Shown here: positions 1 to 9,285 of the stretch, one piece after another
How the letters are laid out: each line of letters starts with the position of its first letter
Numbering within the stretch: the first letter of the stretch is position 1
NCBI GenBank assembly: GCA_030038175.1
Contig: JASHPN010000162.1
Coordinates: 2,111 to 66,110 of the forward strand
Direction: 5' to 3'
Source: Verrucomicrobiia bacterium
GTDB taxonomy: Bacteria; Verrucomicrobiota; Verrucomicrobiia; Limisphaerales; UBA11358
DNA: 64,000 nucleotides
Position numbers and translations under genes: made by a program
Notes under the pieces: generated by a model
What the model was told of the DNA's origin: nothing
Seen by the model: only the letters and a program-made list of their open reading frames with translations
The model's database searches: none

Positions 1-664
1 CCCCCACGGTCACGCGGCCCGAACCCGTATCGTAACTTCCATAGACGCCCGACGCTTCAACGCCATTGATCTGCTTTCCCTGCCGCGTGATGACGTTGAT
101 GACCGCAAAGAACGCGTTGTTGCCATAAACGACCGAACCCGGACCTCGAATAATTTCCACGTGATCAATCAAATCCAGGTCCAGAATGAACGATGTGTCA
201 ATCGCCGCGCTGTCATCCCAGTCGTTGTTAATCCGATGGCCGTTGACCAGAAGCAAAACACGGTTGTTGGCATCGCCCAAATTGACGCCGCTGACGCCCA
301 GGTATTGATAGTCGCGGTCGTAAGAAATATAAAAACCCGGGACGCTTTCCAGGAGATCTCCAAGTGTCCGCCAGCCATATTTTTTGATTTCATCTGATGT
401 GATGACCGTGGCATTAGCCGGCGCTTCAGTGACTTTTTCCGGCACGAGCGTGGCCGTTGACTCGACCTGGACATTCATCAACTGATCCAGCGACATATTG
501 GACAGGTTCGTGTCATTTTCAGAAGTGGCAACTGCGGCAGTCTGATTTGTGCCATTATCGGCGCGGGCGACGGGGATCATCGAAAGAAGCAAGAGGCACA
601 AAAACCGCCTCAGGAACCGGACAAAAACAGGCTGGATTGGCTCAAGAATATTTCTCTTATTCAT
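1..664 (-). CDS. TonB-dependent receptor, N-terminal signal peptide and plug domain (3' part lies outside the window)
   Basis: Own reverse-strand translation from the ATG at 664-662: MNKRNILEPIQPVFVRFLRRFLCLLLLSMIPVARA..., then LSLDQLMNVQVES, APANATVITSDEIKKYGWRTLGDLLESVPGF and VEIIRGPGSVVYGNNAFFAVINVITR. These are typical TonB-dependent receptor plug motifs. The ORF track misses it because the frame runs off the window edge. Confidence 0.8.
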   Translation of the reverse strand, partial: MNKRNILEPIQPVFVRFLRRFLCLLLLSMIPVARADNGTNQTAAVATSENDTNLSNMSLDQLMNVQVESTATLVPEKVTEAPANATVITSDEIKKYGWRTLGDLLESVPGFYISYDRDYQYLGVSGVNLGDANNRVLLLVNGHRINNDWDDSAAIDTSFILDLDLIDHVEIIRGPGSVVYGNNAFFAVINVITRQGKQINGVEASGVYGSYDTGSGRVTVG

Positions 665-866
665 GGCCAAGCGCGGATGTTTTTTGAGTTGTCGTTGACA
701 AAATTCATCTGATGCCTCTCAAATGACGCCAAGCAGCTTCCAAGCCTGCGCCATGCCATGTCCTGAAACGAAATTGTGACTGTCCGGCTAAAGGCTGCAA
801 GCACGAATTAAACTGAACTGAAAATTTAGCAATACCGAAGCAAAACCACCGCGACGAAGGGCAAAC

Positions 867-1601
867 TTGTTTGACGAACAAACAACAAAGATCAATGCTT
901 TTACCTATGCCTTGAACCAATCGCTGCGCGCTCTCCGGGCGGCGGTTTTTGCGGCGGTGGACGGCATTTGCCCATTTCTAAAATGCCGTTTTTTTGGCGC
1001 GCGACATCCGCCGCCCCGACCGCTCTCAAAATGCTCCGGCACAGCTTCCGACGCATTTTTCAGGCCATCTCTCAAGATTATCGCTTTGTTTTTCGCGCTG
1101 ATCGTTGCCGGGACGCTGCAATGCGGCGCCCAAAACGCGCCCACGGAATATCAGGTCAAGGCGGCTTTCATCTATAACTTTGCCCGGTTTGTCGAATGGC
1201 CAACCCAGGTCTTTGCCAATGCCTCATCACCCATGATTATTGGGTTGCTCGGTGATAACGAATTTGGCAACGACATGGACGAAATCATTGCCGGAAAGGA
1301 GATCAACGGCCATCCGGTGCAGTTTAAACAATTGGCGTCACCCGCCGACGCCGCAACCTGCCAGATCCTCTTTATCAGCAAATCCGAAAAGAGCCGGCTT
1401 TCGAAAATTCTCGACGGCCTGCATAATACCAGTGTTTTGACCGTGAGCGACCTGGATAATTTCGTGGACAACGGCGGGATGATTTACCTGTTCCTGGATG
1501 ATCAACGCCACGTGCGTTTTCAGATTGACAATGATGCTGCTAAAAAAGCAGGTTTGACCATCAGTTCAAAGCTGTTGGAACTGGCGGTCAATCCGCCCTA
1601 G
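867..1601 (+). CDS. YfiR/DUF4154-family periplasmic protein (start codon unresolved)
   Basis: Hydrophobic signal-like segment LKIIALFFALIVAGTLQCGAQ followed by YQVKAAFIYNFARFVEWP, the hallmark N-terminal motif of DUF4154/YfiR. The only upstream in-frame start in the track is a TTG at 867. A TTG at 1086 is an alternative. Confidence 0.7.
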   Translation: MFDEQTTKINAFTYALNQSLRALRAAVFAAVDGICPFLKCRFFGARHPPPRPLSKCSGTASDAFFRPSLKIIALFFALIVAGTLQCGAQNAPTEYQVKAAFIYNFARFVEWPTQVFANASSPMIIGLLGDNEFGNDMDEIIAGKEINGHPVQFKQLASPADAATCQILFISKSEKSRLSKILDGLHNTSVLTVSDLDNFVDNGGMIYLFLDDQRHVRFQIDNDAAKKAGLTISSKLLELAVNPP

Positions 1602-1755
1602 CCGGCCACGCCACCATCCATTTTTTCGAGGTCTTCGGCGGAACAAAAAATGCTGCTGCCAGCGGAAGGATTGCAATGTTGTTCTGAAACCGTGGCAGTA
1701 ACCGTCACGGCGGTGTCCAGTATTTGGACAGCAGTCCCGTAAACAGGACGAAACC

Positions 1756-4314
1756 GTGCCCGTATTGCAGGACATTCCCATCAAGCGAAAGCTGACGGCA
1801 ATTATCATGATTGCCAGTACGGTCGCGCTCTTGCTCGTCTCGGCCGGCTTCGTGGCTTACGAATTGGCCACCTTCCGGCAAACGATGAAAAACGACCTTT
1901 TGACTTTGGGTCAATTCATTGGCGACCGAAGCACGGCCGCGCTGTCGTATAAAGTCCAGGACGACGCTGAACAAGAGTTACACGCCCTCATTTACCGAAA
2001 ACACATTCGGACCGCCGCTTTCTATGACGACAAGGGCAATCTTTTTGCGGTCTATCCGCCGCAGGCATCGAAAAAAGTGCCGCCGCATCCCTATGTGACC
2101 GGAACGGGAGCGGATATCGAGCGGTTCGAATCGGACCGGTTGATCCTTTTTCATACGATCACCGACGACAAGGACCATTCATTCCTCGGAACCGTTTATT
2201 TAGAATCGGATCTCCAGGAATTGCATGACCGCTTTTTCTGCCTCGCGGGGATCGTTCTGCTTTTCATGGTTGCGTCCTGGGCGGTGACGCTGTTACTGGC
2301 TTCATTCCTTCAACGGGTGATCACCCGGCCGATTTTTGACCTGGCCCAAACGGCAAAGGCGGTGACGGCGGAAAAAAATTATTCCCTGCGTGTGGCCAAA
2401 TATGGCCGCGATGAATTGGGGCAGCTCGTGGATGGTTTCAACGAAATGCTCGGCCAGATTCAGGACCGCGATTCCAGGTTGCAACACGCCCATGACGAAT
2501 TGGAAGTGCGCGTGGACGAACGAACCCGAAAACTGCGCGAGGAGATCGTTGAACGCGGACGCACCGAGGCGGCGTTGCAGCAACAGTTCGTCCGCATCAG
2601 CCTGCTCAACCAAATCACCCAGGCAATCTCTGACCGCCAGGACACCGATAGCATTCTCCACGTTGTGCTGCGCCAGCTCGAAGAACATCTGGGCATAGAC
2701 CTGGGAATCCTGGCCTTGTTTGACGCCGGGCCGCGGACCCTGAATGTGTCCGCGCTCTGCGTCAAAAATTCGTTGTTGGCAAAAAAATTCGATCTGCGGG
2801 AGGGCGGCGTCCTGCCGCTGGCTGAAACGGACTTTGAACGTTGCGAAAAAGGCCAGACGGTTTATATCTCCGACACGCTCAAGTGGAAAACCTCATTCAT
2901 CGAGAAAATCGCGGTCATCGGCTGGCGTTCTGTCGTGGCCGTGCCGTTGATGGTTGAGGAAAAACTTTTTGGGATGTTGATCGCGGGACGGTTGCAGCCC
3001 CAGGGGTTCAACAGCGGCGATTCGGAGTTTCTGCGAATGTTGAGCGAGCACGTGGCGCTGGCGGCGCATCAGGCCCGGTTGCACGCAGACCTGGAAAAGG
3101 CCTACAACGAATTGCGGCTGACCCAGGCGGCCGTCCTGCAGCAGGAACGCCTCAAGGCGCTGGGCCAGATGGCCAGCGGCATCGCCCACGACGTCAACAA
3201 TGCGCTCTCGCCGGTCATTGGGTTTACCGATCTGATCCTCAGAGGAAAATATGCCTTGACCGACGATCTCAAAAAGTATCTGGGCCATATCCGCACCGCA
3301 GGCGAGGATATTGCCCATATTGTCGCGCGTCTTCGCGAATTTTACCGCACCCGCGAAGTCAACGAAGCGCTCCAGTATCTTAATCTCAATACGCTGGTGG
3401 AACAAGTCGTGGATATGACGCGCCCCCGGTGGCGGGACATCCCGCAATCCAACGGCGTCACGATTGAAGTCCAGGCGGCGCTGGCGCCGGACGTGCCCCG
3501 GCTGGCCGGCATCGAAAGCGAAATCCGCGAGGCCATCACCAATCTGGTCCTCAATGCCGTGGACGCCATGCCCAAGGGTGGTAAAATCACAATTGTGACC
3601 CGGGTCATTCGCCATGACGGGAGTCAAAATGGCAACAAATATCCGGTACAGGTCGCGGTGGATATTAGCGATACCGGAACGGGAATGAGCGAGGAAACGC
3701 GCCGGCGCTGCCTGGAACCGTTTTTCTCGACCAAGGGCAAACGCGGAACCGGCCTGGGACTGGCGATGGTGTATGGCGTGATGGGGCGCCACGAAGGGAA
3801 TATCGAAATTGACAGTGAATTGGGCAAAGGCACCACCTTTCGCCTGTTCTTCCCGGTGCGCGCCGCCACTCGTGAAGCCGAACCGGAAAACGAAACCAAC
3901 GGCAAAGTCGCGCCCATGCAAATCCTTTGCATTGACGATGAATCATTGCTGCGCGAACTTTTGAAGGAAATTCTGGAGCGCGACGGCCACGAGGTCGTGC
4001 TCACCGATAACGGCCAGGCAGGCCTGGCGGAGTTCCGCGCCGCGCGCCAGCTCCGGCGCCCCTTCGATCTGGTGATCACGGATCTGGGCATGCCCCACCT
4101 GGACGGGCGGCAAGTCGCCAAAACCATCAAAACCGAATCTCCCGGAACACCCGTGGTCATGCTGACCGGCTGGGGCGCCTTTATCAAAGAGGACGGCAGC
4201 GGGCCCGAGGAAGTGGATGGAATCCTCAGCAAACCGCCTCGCTCGCGCGAACTCAGGGAAATGATCCGCCGCTTTAACCCGGCTCAAAACGGGCATACCA
4301 ACGGAAAACATTAA
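1756..4314 (+). CDS. Hybrid sensor histidine kinase (2-TM periplasmic sensor, HAMP, GAF, HisKA, HATPase_c, receiver)
   Basis: GTG start. TM1 is LTAIIMIASTVALLLVSAGFVAY and TM2 is LAGIVLLFMVASWAVTLLLASFL. HAMP-like segment RDELGQLVDGFNEMLGQI. H-box GIAHDVNNALSPVIG. G-boxes DTGTGMSEE and GTGLGLAMVYG. C-terminal receiver with ILCIDDE and VITDLGMPHLDG. Confidence 0.9.
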   Translation: MPVLQDIPIKRKLTAIIMIASTVALLLVSAGFVAYELATFRQTMKNDLLTLGQFIGDRSTAALSYKVQDDAEQELHALIYRKHIRTAAFYDDKGNLFAVYPPQASKKVPPHPYVTGTGADIERFESDRLILFHTITDDKDHSFLGTVYLESDLQELHDRFFCLAGIVLLFMVASWAVTLLLASFLQRVITRPIFDLAQTAKAVTAEKNYSLRVAKYGRDELGQLVDGFNEMLGQIQDRDSRLQHAHDELEVRVDERTRKLREEIVERGRTEAALQQQFVRISLLNQITQAISDRQDTDSILHVVLRQLEEHLGIDLGILALFDAGPRTLNVSALCVKNSLLAKKFDLREGGVLPLAETDFERCEKGQTVYISDTLKWKTSFIEKIAVIGWRSVVAVPLMVEEKLFGMLIAGRLQPQGFNSGDSEFLRMLSEHVALAAHQARLHADLEKAYNELRLTQAAVLQQERLKALGQMASGIAHDVNNALSPVIGFTDLILRGKYALTDDLKKYLGHIRTAGEDIAHIVARLREFYRTREVNEALQYLNLNTLVEQVVDMTRPRWRDIPQSNGVTIEVQAALAPDVPRLAGIESEIREAITNLVLNAVDAMPKGGKITIVTRVIRHDGSQNGNKYPVQVAVDISDTGTGMSEETRRRCLEPFFSTKGKRGTGLGLAMVYGVMGRHEGNIEIDSELGKGTTFRLFFPVRAATREAEPENETNGKVAPMQILCIDDESLLRELLKEILERDGHEVVLTDNGQAGLAEFRAARQLRRPFDLVITDLGMPHLDGRQVAKTIKTESPGTPVVMLTGWGAFIKEDGSGPEEVDGILSKPPRSRELREMIRRFNPAQNGHTNGKH

Positions 4315-4461
4315 AGCGTTTGAAGAAAAATCGTGGCTGTTCGGCCGGTTTCTCGAAACGGCGTTTTTCCGATTGGATTTCCGTGAGGCAAAATATAACA
4401 ACGTTGCATCGTTTGTCGTTCGACCTCCAATATTTGATGCTGTATAATCCCTATACCTACT

Positions 4462-7176
4462 ATGACAGGCGTCCGTTTTTTACTCGTTCTGGCGGCATTG
4501 TGCCTCTGGCCCATCGCTCCGAACGCATTTGCTGCAAATTCGATTCTCAAGACCTTGCCGGGGCATGTGCCCGCCGTGGTTGGCCGTTTGTCGCCAAAAG
4601 AAACACTGCCGTTGACCAACCGCCTCACCCTGGCCATCGGCCTGCCCCTTCGCAACCCGCGCGGCCTTCACGATTTTCTCGCGCAGCTTTACGACCCGGC
4701 CAGCCCCAACTACCGCCATTATCTGACGCCGGACCAATTCACCGAACAGTTCGGTCCCACCAAAGCGGACTACGAAGCCGTCAAAGCCTTCGCCCGGCAA
4801 AATCATTTCAGGATCACTTCCACCTTTTCCAACCGGCTTCTGGTTGACGTGAATGGATCTGTTGCGGACATTGACCGCGCTTTCCATTTGACGCTGCGGC
4901 TTTACCATCATCCAACCGAAGCGCGCGATTTCTATGCCCCGGATGTCGAGCCCTCCGTCGCCACCAACCTGCCCATCGCCGATATCAGCGGACTGAACAA
5001 TTACGCTTTGCCTCACCCGAGAAATCTCACTCCAGAGCCGGCCGGCCAAAATGCAACGCCGCGGTCCGGTTCAGGACCCGGTTTAACCTACGTGGGGGGC
5101 GATTTTCGGGCAGCGTACCTTCCTGGAGTCACTTTGACCGGCGCCGGACAGACGGTCGGGCTGCTCGAATTTGACGGCTATTATTCGAATGACATTGCCG
5201 GTTACGAAGCAGCCTACAATTTGCCCGATGTCCCCTTGCAAAACGTTTTGATTGACGGCTTCAATGGCGTGCCCACCGCAGTCGGTCCTGATAGCGGCGA
5301 TACTGAGGCCTCTCTCGATATCGAAATGGCCGCTTCCATGGCGCCCGGACTTGCACAAATCGTCGTCTTTGAAACCATCCCGGGCGGATACCAAAATGAT
5401 CTCCTGGAAGCCATGGTGCTTCACAACCAAATCAGCCAGTTCAGCTCTTCCTGGGGCTGGCCCTTAGGCCCCAGCACAACGACGGACAACCTCTTCCTGG
5501 AAATGGATGCCCAGGGCCAATCCTTTTTCCAGGCCTCCGGCGACAGTGACGCTTTTACCACCGGGGCCAACACGGTCAATGGCGTGGATAATCCCTATCT
5601 CAGTGACGCTCCTTCAAGTGACCCTTACATCACGCTCGTTGGCGGGACCACCCTCACCACCGGCACCAACGGTTCCTGGTCTTCTGAAACAGTTTGGAAT
5701 TGGGGGTTGCACAATGGCGTGTACACCGGCAGCAGCGGCGGGATCAGCAGCTACTACGAAATTCCTGACTGGCAAACGAACGTCAGCATGGCGTCCAATG
5801 GCGGATCAACGGCCTGGCGCAATATCCCCGACGTCGCACTGACTGCGGACAACATTTTCGTGGCCTATGGCAATGGAAATGGCGAGGACGTTGGCGGCAC
5901 AAGCTGCGCCGCCCCATTATGGGCGGGCCTGACTGCGTTGATGAACCAGCAATCTCTCGAAGGCGGCCGCAACCCGCTCGGATTCCTCAACCCCGCGATC
6001 TATGCCCTCGCAGAAGGCACCAATTACAACGCCGATTTTCATGACATCATTACCGGCAATAACACGTCCACCAACAGCCCAAATGCCTTTTATGCCACTA
6101 ACGGCTACGACCTGTGCACTGGCTGGGGCACGCCCGCCGGACAAAGCCTGATTAATGATCTGGCCGGCCTGCCCGATACTCTGGGAATTTCGCCGCCCCT
6201 GGGCTTTAATGTCACCGAACTGGCAGGCGCGCCGTTTACGCCCGCCTCCACTTCCTTCCAACTGACCAATTCCGGCGCCGCTTCGTTGATCTGGTCGCTC
6301 ATCATCACTTCGTCCTGGCTCGAGGCCTCTTCGACCGGCGGCACGCTGGGCGCCGGGGATTCAACCAGCCTGACCGTCGCCCTCAGCGCCACCGCGACCA
6401 ATCTCCCGCCGGCAACTTATTCCGCCGACCTGCTCTTCTCGAATGCCGATACCGAGGTCGTACAGCGCATTCCCGTTACGCTCCAGCTCAGCCAATCGTT
6501 CGTTCAAAATGGGGGCTTTGAAACCGGCGATTTTAGCGACTGGACCTTCGTTGGCACGCCGACCTCATTGGTGGATGGCGAAATCTACTACTATAACGCG
6601 GTGGTCAACAGCAATTCTTATCCCCTGGTCGTTCATTCGGGCAACTACGGCGCGTTTCTGGGCGACACCAGCGTGGCCACCCTTTCCCAAACGCTGCCGA
6701 CAATTTCGGGAGAAGACTATGTGCTTTCGTTCTGGCTGGACAATCCGATCAGCGGGCCGGGCCAGATATTTGAAGCAAATTGGAACGGCAACAACGTTTA
6801 CTACATCACCAATCCACCTCCCTTCTCATGGACCAATCTTCAGTTCGTCGTCGCGGCATCCGGCAACGACACCATCCAATTCGGCGCGGCCAATCCTCCG
6901 AACTATTTTGGTTTCGATGACGTCAGCGTCGTCCAAATCGCCTCTCCGATGTTGGCCCCTCCGGTATTCGCCGCCCTCACTCAAACCAGCGGCGTTTTCA
7001 ACCTCACCTGGAATACCACGTCCAACCTCGTCTATCAGGTCCAATACACTGCCAATCTTTTGCAGCCGGAGTGGATCAATCTCACCCCGCCCATCACCGC
7101 CGCCGGCAACACCTTGTCCGTTACCGACACCCTCTCGACATCTCAGCGCTTCTATCGTCTCATCATCTCGCCATAA
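4462..7176 (+). CDS. Secreted sedolisin (peptidase S53) with pro-kumamolisin activation domain and C-terminal beta-rich extensions
   Basis: Signal peptide MTGVRFLLVLAALCLWPIAPNAFA. Propeptide motif HYLTPDQFTEQFGPTKADYEAVKAF. Catalytic motifs DTEASLDIEMA, ASGDSD and GGTSCAAPLWAG. C-terminus ends ...SQRFYRLIISP. Confidence 0.85.
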   Translation: MTGVRFLLVLAALCLWPIAPNAFAANSILKTLPGHVPAVVGRLSPKETLPLTNRLTLAIGLPLRNPRGLHDFLAQLYDPASPNYRHYLTPDQFTEQFGPTKADYEAVKAFARQNHFRITSTFSNRLLVDVNGSVADIDRAFHLTLRLYHHPTEARDFYAPDVEPSVATNLPIADISGLNNYALPHPRNLTPEPAGQNATPRSGSGPGLTYVGGDFRAAYLPGVTLTGAGQTVGLLEFDGYYSNDIAGYEAAYNLPDVPLQNVLIDGFNGVPTAVGPDSGDTEASLDIEMAASMAPGLAQIVVFETIPGGYQNDLLEAMVLHNQISQFSSSWGWPLGPSTTTDNLFLEMDAQGQSFFQASGDSDAFTTGANTVNGVDNPYLSDAPSSDPYITLVGGTTLTTGTNGSWSSETVWNWGLHNGVYTGSSGGISSYYEIPDWQTNVSMASNGGSTAWRNIPDVALTADNIFVAYGNGNGEDVGGTSCAAPLWAGLTALMNQQSLEGGRNPLGFLNPAIYALAEGTNYNADFHDIITGNNTSTNSPNAFYATNGYDLCTGWGTPAGQSLINDLAGLPDTLGISPPLGFNVTELAGAPFTPASTSFQLTNSGAASLIWSLIITSSWLEASSTGGTLGAGDSTSLTVALSATATNLPPATYSADLLFSNADTEVVQRIPVTLQLSQSFVQNGGFETGDFSDWTFVGTPTSLVDGEIYYYNAVVNSNSYPLVVHSGNYGAFLGDTSVATLSQTLPTISGEDYVLSFWLDNPISGPGQIFEANWNGNNVYYITNPPPFSWTNLQFVVAASGNDTIQFGAANPPNYFGFDDVSVVQIASPMLAPPVFAALTQTSGVFNLTWNTTSNLVYQVQYTANLLQPEWINLTPPITAAGNTLSVTDTLSTSQRFYRLIISP

Positions 7177-7200
7177 AAAGCGTGCCGAACAAATTTCTTC

Positions 7201-7282
7201 GGAGCGCGGCTGTGTGTGTATAGCACCAGCCGCAGCACTGGCGAACCCCGGCCGTTGGTCGGGACGATACAGCCACGCTTCC
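7201..7282. repeat. Palindromic intergenic repeat, family A (short copy)
   Basis: Left arm ggagcgcggctgtgt (7201-7215) and imperfect complementary right arm acagccacgcttcc (7269-7282). The same arms recur at 21222-21316, about 25825-26003 and about 50734-50962. Confidence 0.6.
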
Positions 7283-7379
7283 TAAACTCGTTTTGCGCCT
7301 GAAAAACACTTCCCTTTTTGGCATTTGCCAGGCTTGCCGAATTAAGAGATAATGGTTGTCCGTTTCTACGGGCAAATTT

Positions 7380-8939
7380 ATGAAACCCCAGGTTGAAATA
7401 TACGATACAACCCTGCGCGACGGTTCGCAGGGCGAAGGCATCAACTTTTCGGTGGCCGACAAGCTTCGCATCGCCGAAAAACTCGACGCTTTTGGGGTCC
7501 ATTACATTGAAGGCGGCTGGCCCGGATCCAATCCCAGGGACATTGAATTTTTTACCCAGGCCAGGCGAAAGAAATTCAAAAACGCGCGCCTGGCCGCCTT
7601 TGGCTCGACCCGACGGAAAGGGATTCCCGTCGAACAGGACGACCAAGTGCGCCTGCTGATCGAGGCCGAAACGCCAGTGGTGACCATTTACGGCAAAACG
7701 TCCATGCTCCACGTCACGGAAGTGCTGCGCTGCACGCCTGATGAGAATTTGGGCATGATCGGCGACACTGTGCGCTACCTCAAAGACAATGGCAAATTTG
7801 TCGTCTATGACGCCGAGCATTGCTTTGACGGTTACAAGCTGAATCCCGAATACGCCATCGCGACCTGGCAGGCCGCCGAAAAGGCGGGCGCAGATTTTGT
7901 GGTGCTCTGCGATACCAACGGCGGTTGTTTGCCTGAGGATGTTGCCGCCATCACCCGTGTGGCGGCCGCGAAGCTGAATTGCCGGATCGGCATTCACACC
8001 CACGATGACATCGGCCTGGGCGTGGCCAATGCGCTCGCCGCCCTGGGCGCCGGAGCCGTCCATGTGCAAGGCACCGTCAACGGTTACGGCGAACGCACCG
8101 GCAATTGCAATTTGATCAGTGTCATTCCTTGCGTGGCCTTGAAATTGAAAAAGAGCGGCGTGCCGGAAAAATCATTGCGGAAATTGAAAGAACTTTCGCA
8201 GTTCGTGGATGAGATGGCCAACGTGCGCCATAATCCCCGCCTGCCCTGGGTTGGCTCGGCGGCCTTCTCGCACAAGGGCGGCACGCACGTAAACGCGGTC
8301 CAAAAATTGGCCTCAAGTTACGAGCACATTGACCCGGCGCTGGTGGGCAATTCGCGCACCGTCCTCATCAGCGATCTCGCAGGCCGCAGCAACATCGTGA
8401 TGAAAGCACAGGAAATGGGTTTCAAGCTTTCCAACGATACGCCGGAATTGAAGACGATTCTCAATCGCGTCAAAGAACTGGAGAATGCCGGCTACGAATA
8501 CGAAGCCGCCGAAGGTTCGTTTGCCTTGCTCATCGGCAAGACGTTGAAACACCGGGAACCGCCGTTCACGGTCGAAACCTATCACGTCTCCATGCGGCAC
8601 GACTCCAAAGAATCCATTTGCGAAGCCACCGTGCGCGTGCGCGTGGGAAAAAAGTTCCATCATGAAGTCGCCGAAGGCGATGGCCCGGTCAACGCCCTCG
8701 ACGGCGCGTTGCGCGCCGCGTTGACGAAATCGTTTCCGCGGCTGAAAAAGGTCACGCTCACGGATTATAAAGTCCGCATCCTGGATTCCGCCACCGGCAC
8801 GGCGGCCAAGACCCGCGTGCTGATCCAAACCTCCGACGGCAAACGCGAATGGGGCACCGTGGGCGTAAACGAAAACATCATAGACGCCAGCCTGCAGGCC
8901 CTGGCGGATTCGATGGAATATGCGCTCCTGCGGAAGTGA
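7380..8939 (+). CDS. cimA: Citramalate synthase (LeuA/CimA family, long form)
   Basis: MKPQVEIYDTTLRDGSQGEGINFSVADKLRIAEKLDAFGVHYIEGGWPGSNPRDIEFF, HTHDDIGLGVANALAAL, and a C-terminal LeuA-dimer-like region. I prefer the ATG at 7380 to the TTG at 7356. Confidence 0.8.
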   Translation: MKPQVEIYDTTLRDGSQGEGINFSVADKLRIAEKLDAFGVHYIEGGWPGSNPRDIEFFTQARRKKFKNARLAAFGSTRRKGIPVEQDDQVRLLIEAETPVVTIYGKTSMLHVTEVLRCTPDENLGMIGDTVRYLKDNGKFVVYDAEHCFDGYKLNPEYAIATWQAAEKAGADFVVLCDTNGGCLPEDVAAITRVAAAKLNCRIGIHTHDDIGLGVANALAALGAGAVHVQGTVNGYGERTGNCNLISVIPCVALKLKKSGVPEKSLRKLKELSQFVDEMANVRHNPRLPWVGSAAFSHKGGTHVNAVQKLASSYEHIDPALVGNSRTVLISDLAGRSNIVMKAQEMGFKLSNDTPELKTILNRVKELENAGYEYEAAEGSFALLIGKTLKHREPPFTVETYHVSMRHDSKESICEATVRVRVGKKFHHEVAEGDGPVNALDGALRAALTKSFPRLKKVTLTDYKVRILDSATGTAAKTRVLIQTSDGKREWGTVGVNENIIDASLQALADSMEYALLRK

Positions 8940-8979
8940 ATAATTTGCCAATGGCCGCCATTTCGGGCAATTTTGACTC

Positions 8980-9252
8980 ATGACAATCGTGTTGAAAAAA
9001 CGAGCCGATGAATTGGCAAGCCGACTTTCTCTAAAGCAACGGATTGAATTTGCTGAGCGACTGATGACCGGTATCGGCAAGTTCGCGAATCCCGAGATCG
9101 AAAAGGTTTGGAACGCCGAGATCAAAAGCCGTCTTGATGAATATCGCGCGGGTAAAGTGAAAACCATCCCGTCGGCGCAGGTTCACGCGGAAATTAAACA
9201 AAGGCTCAATGAAATCCAAACCCGTCGAATATCACCCCGGCGCGCGGCTTGA
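8980..9252 (+). CDS. Addiction-module antitoxin (TIGR02574-like 'addiction module component')
   Basis: 90 aa with SLKQRIEFAERLM...EIEKVWNAEIKSRLDEYRAGKVKTIPSAQV. This matches the E...W..EI.RR..E...G pattern of that small antitoxin family. Confidence 0.65.
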   Translation: MTIVLKKRADELASRLSLKQRIEFAERLMTGIGKFANPEIEKVWNAEIKSRLDEYRAGKVKTIPSAQVHAEIKQRLNEIQTRRISPRRAA

Positions 9253-9274
9253 TGTTATTGAGGGAGCTAGTTAA
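9209..9274 (+). pseudogene. N-terminal stub (21 codons) of a RelE/ParE-family toxin
   Basis: The ATG at 9209 overlaps the antitoxin 3' end and reads MKSKPVEYHPGARLDVIEGAS*. This resembles the conserved start of ParE/RelE toxins (..V.FHPEA..EL.EA..) but stops after 21 codons, 11 nt before valS. Confidence 0.4.
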
Positions 9275-9285
9275 TTCCGCTTGTC

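Noticed and set aside
1031-1090. Possible frameshift at the start of the YfiR-like gene. An out-of-frame ATG at 1031 encodes MLRHSFRRIFQAIS, a good signal-peptide n-region, just before the in-frame hydrophobic core.
   Set aside because: It is suggestive, but I cannot tell a real frameshift or sequencing error from coincidence without reads or orthologues. The start is left unresolved.
2893-3921. 342-aa minus-strand ORF, with smaller ones, inside the histidine kinase gene.
   Set aside because: It is antisense to a CDS with unmistakable HisKA/HATPase motifs. Its Arg/Ala/Gly-rich composition is typical of shadow ORFs in GC-rich coding DNA.
7152-9167. 305-aa and 284-aa minus-strand ORFs overlapping cimA.
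   Set aside because: They are antisense shadows of a strongly supported citramalate synthase gene and carry no recognisable motifs.
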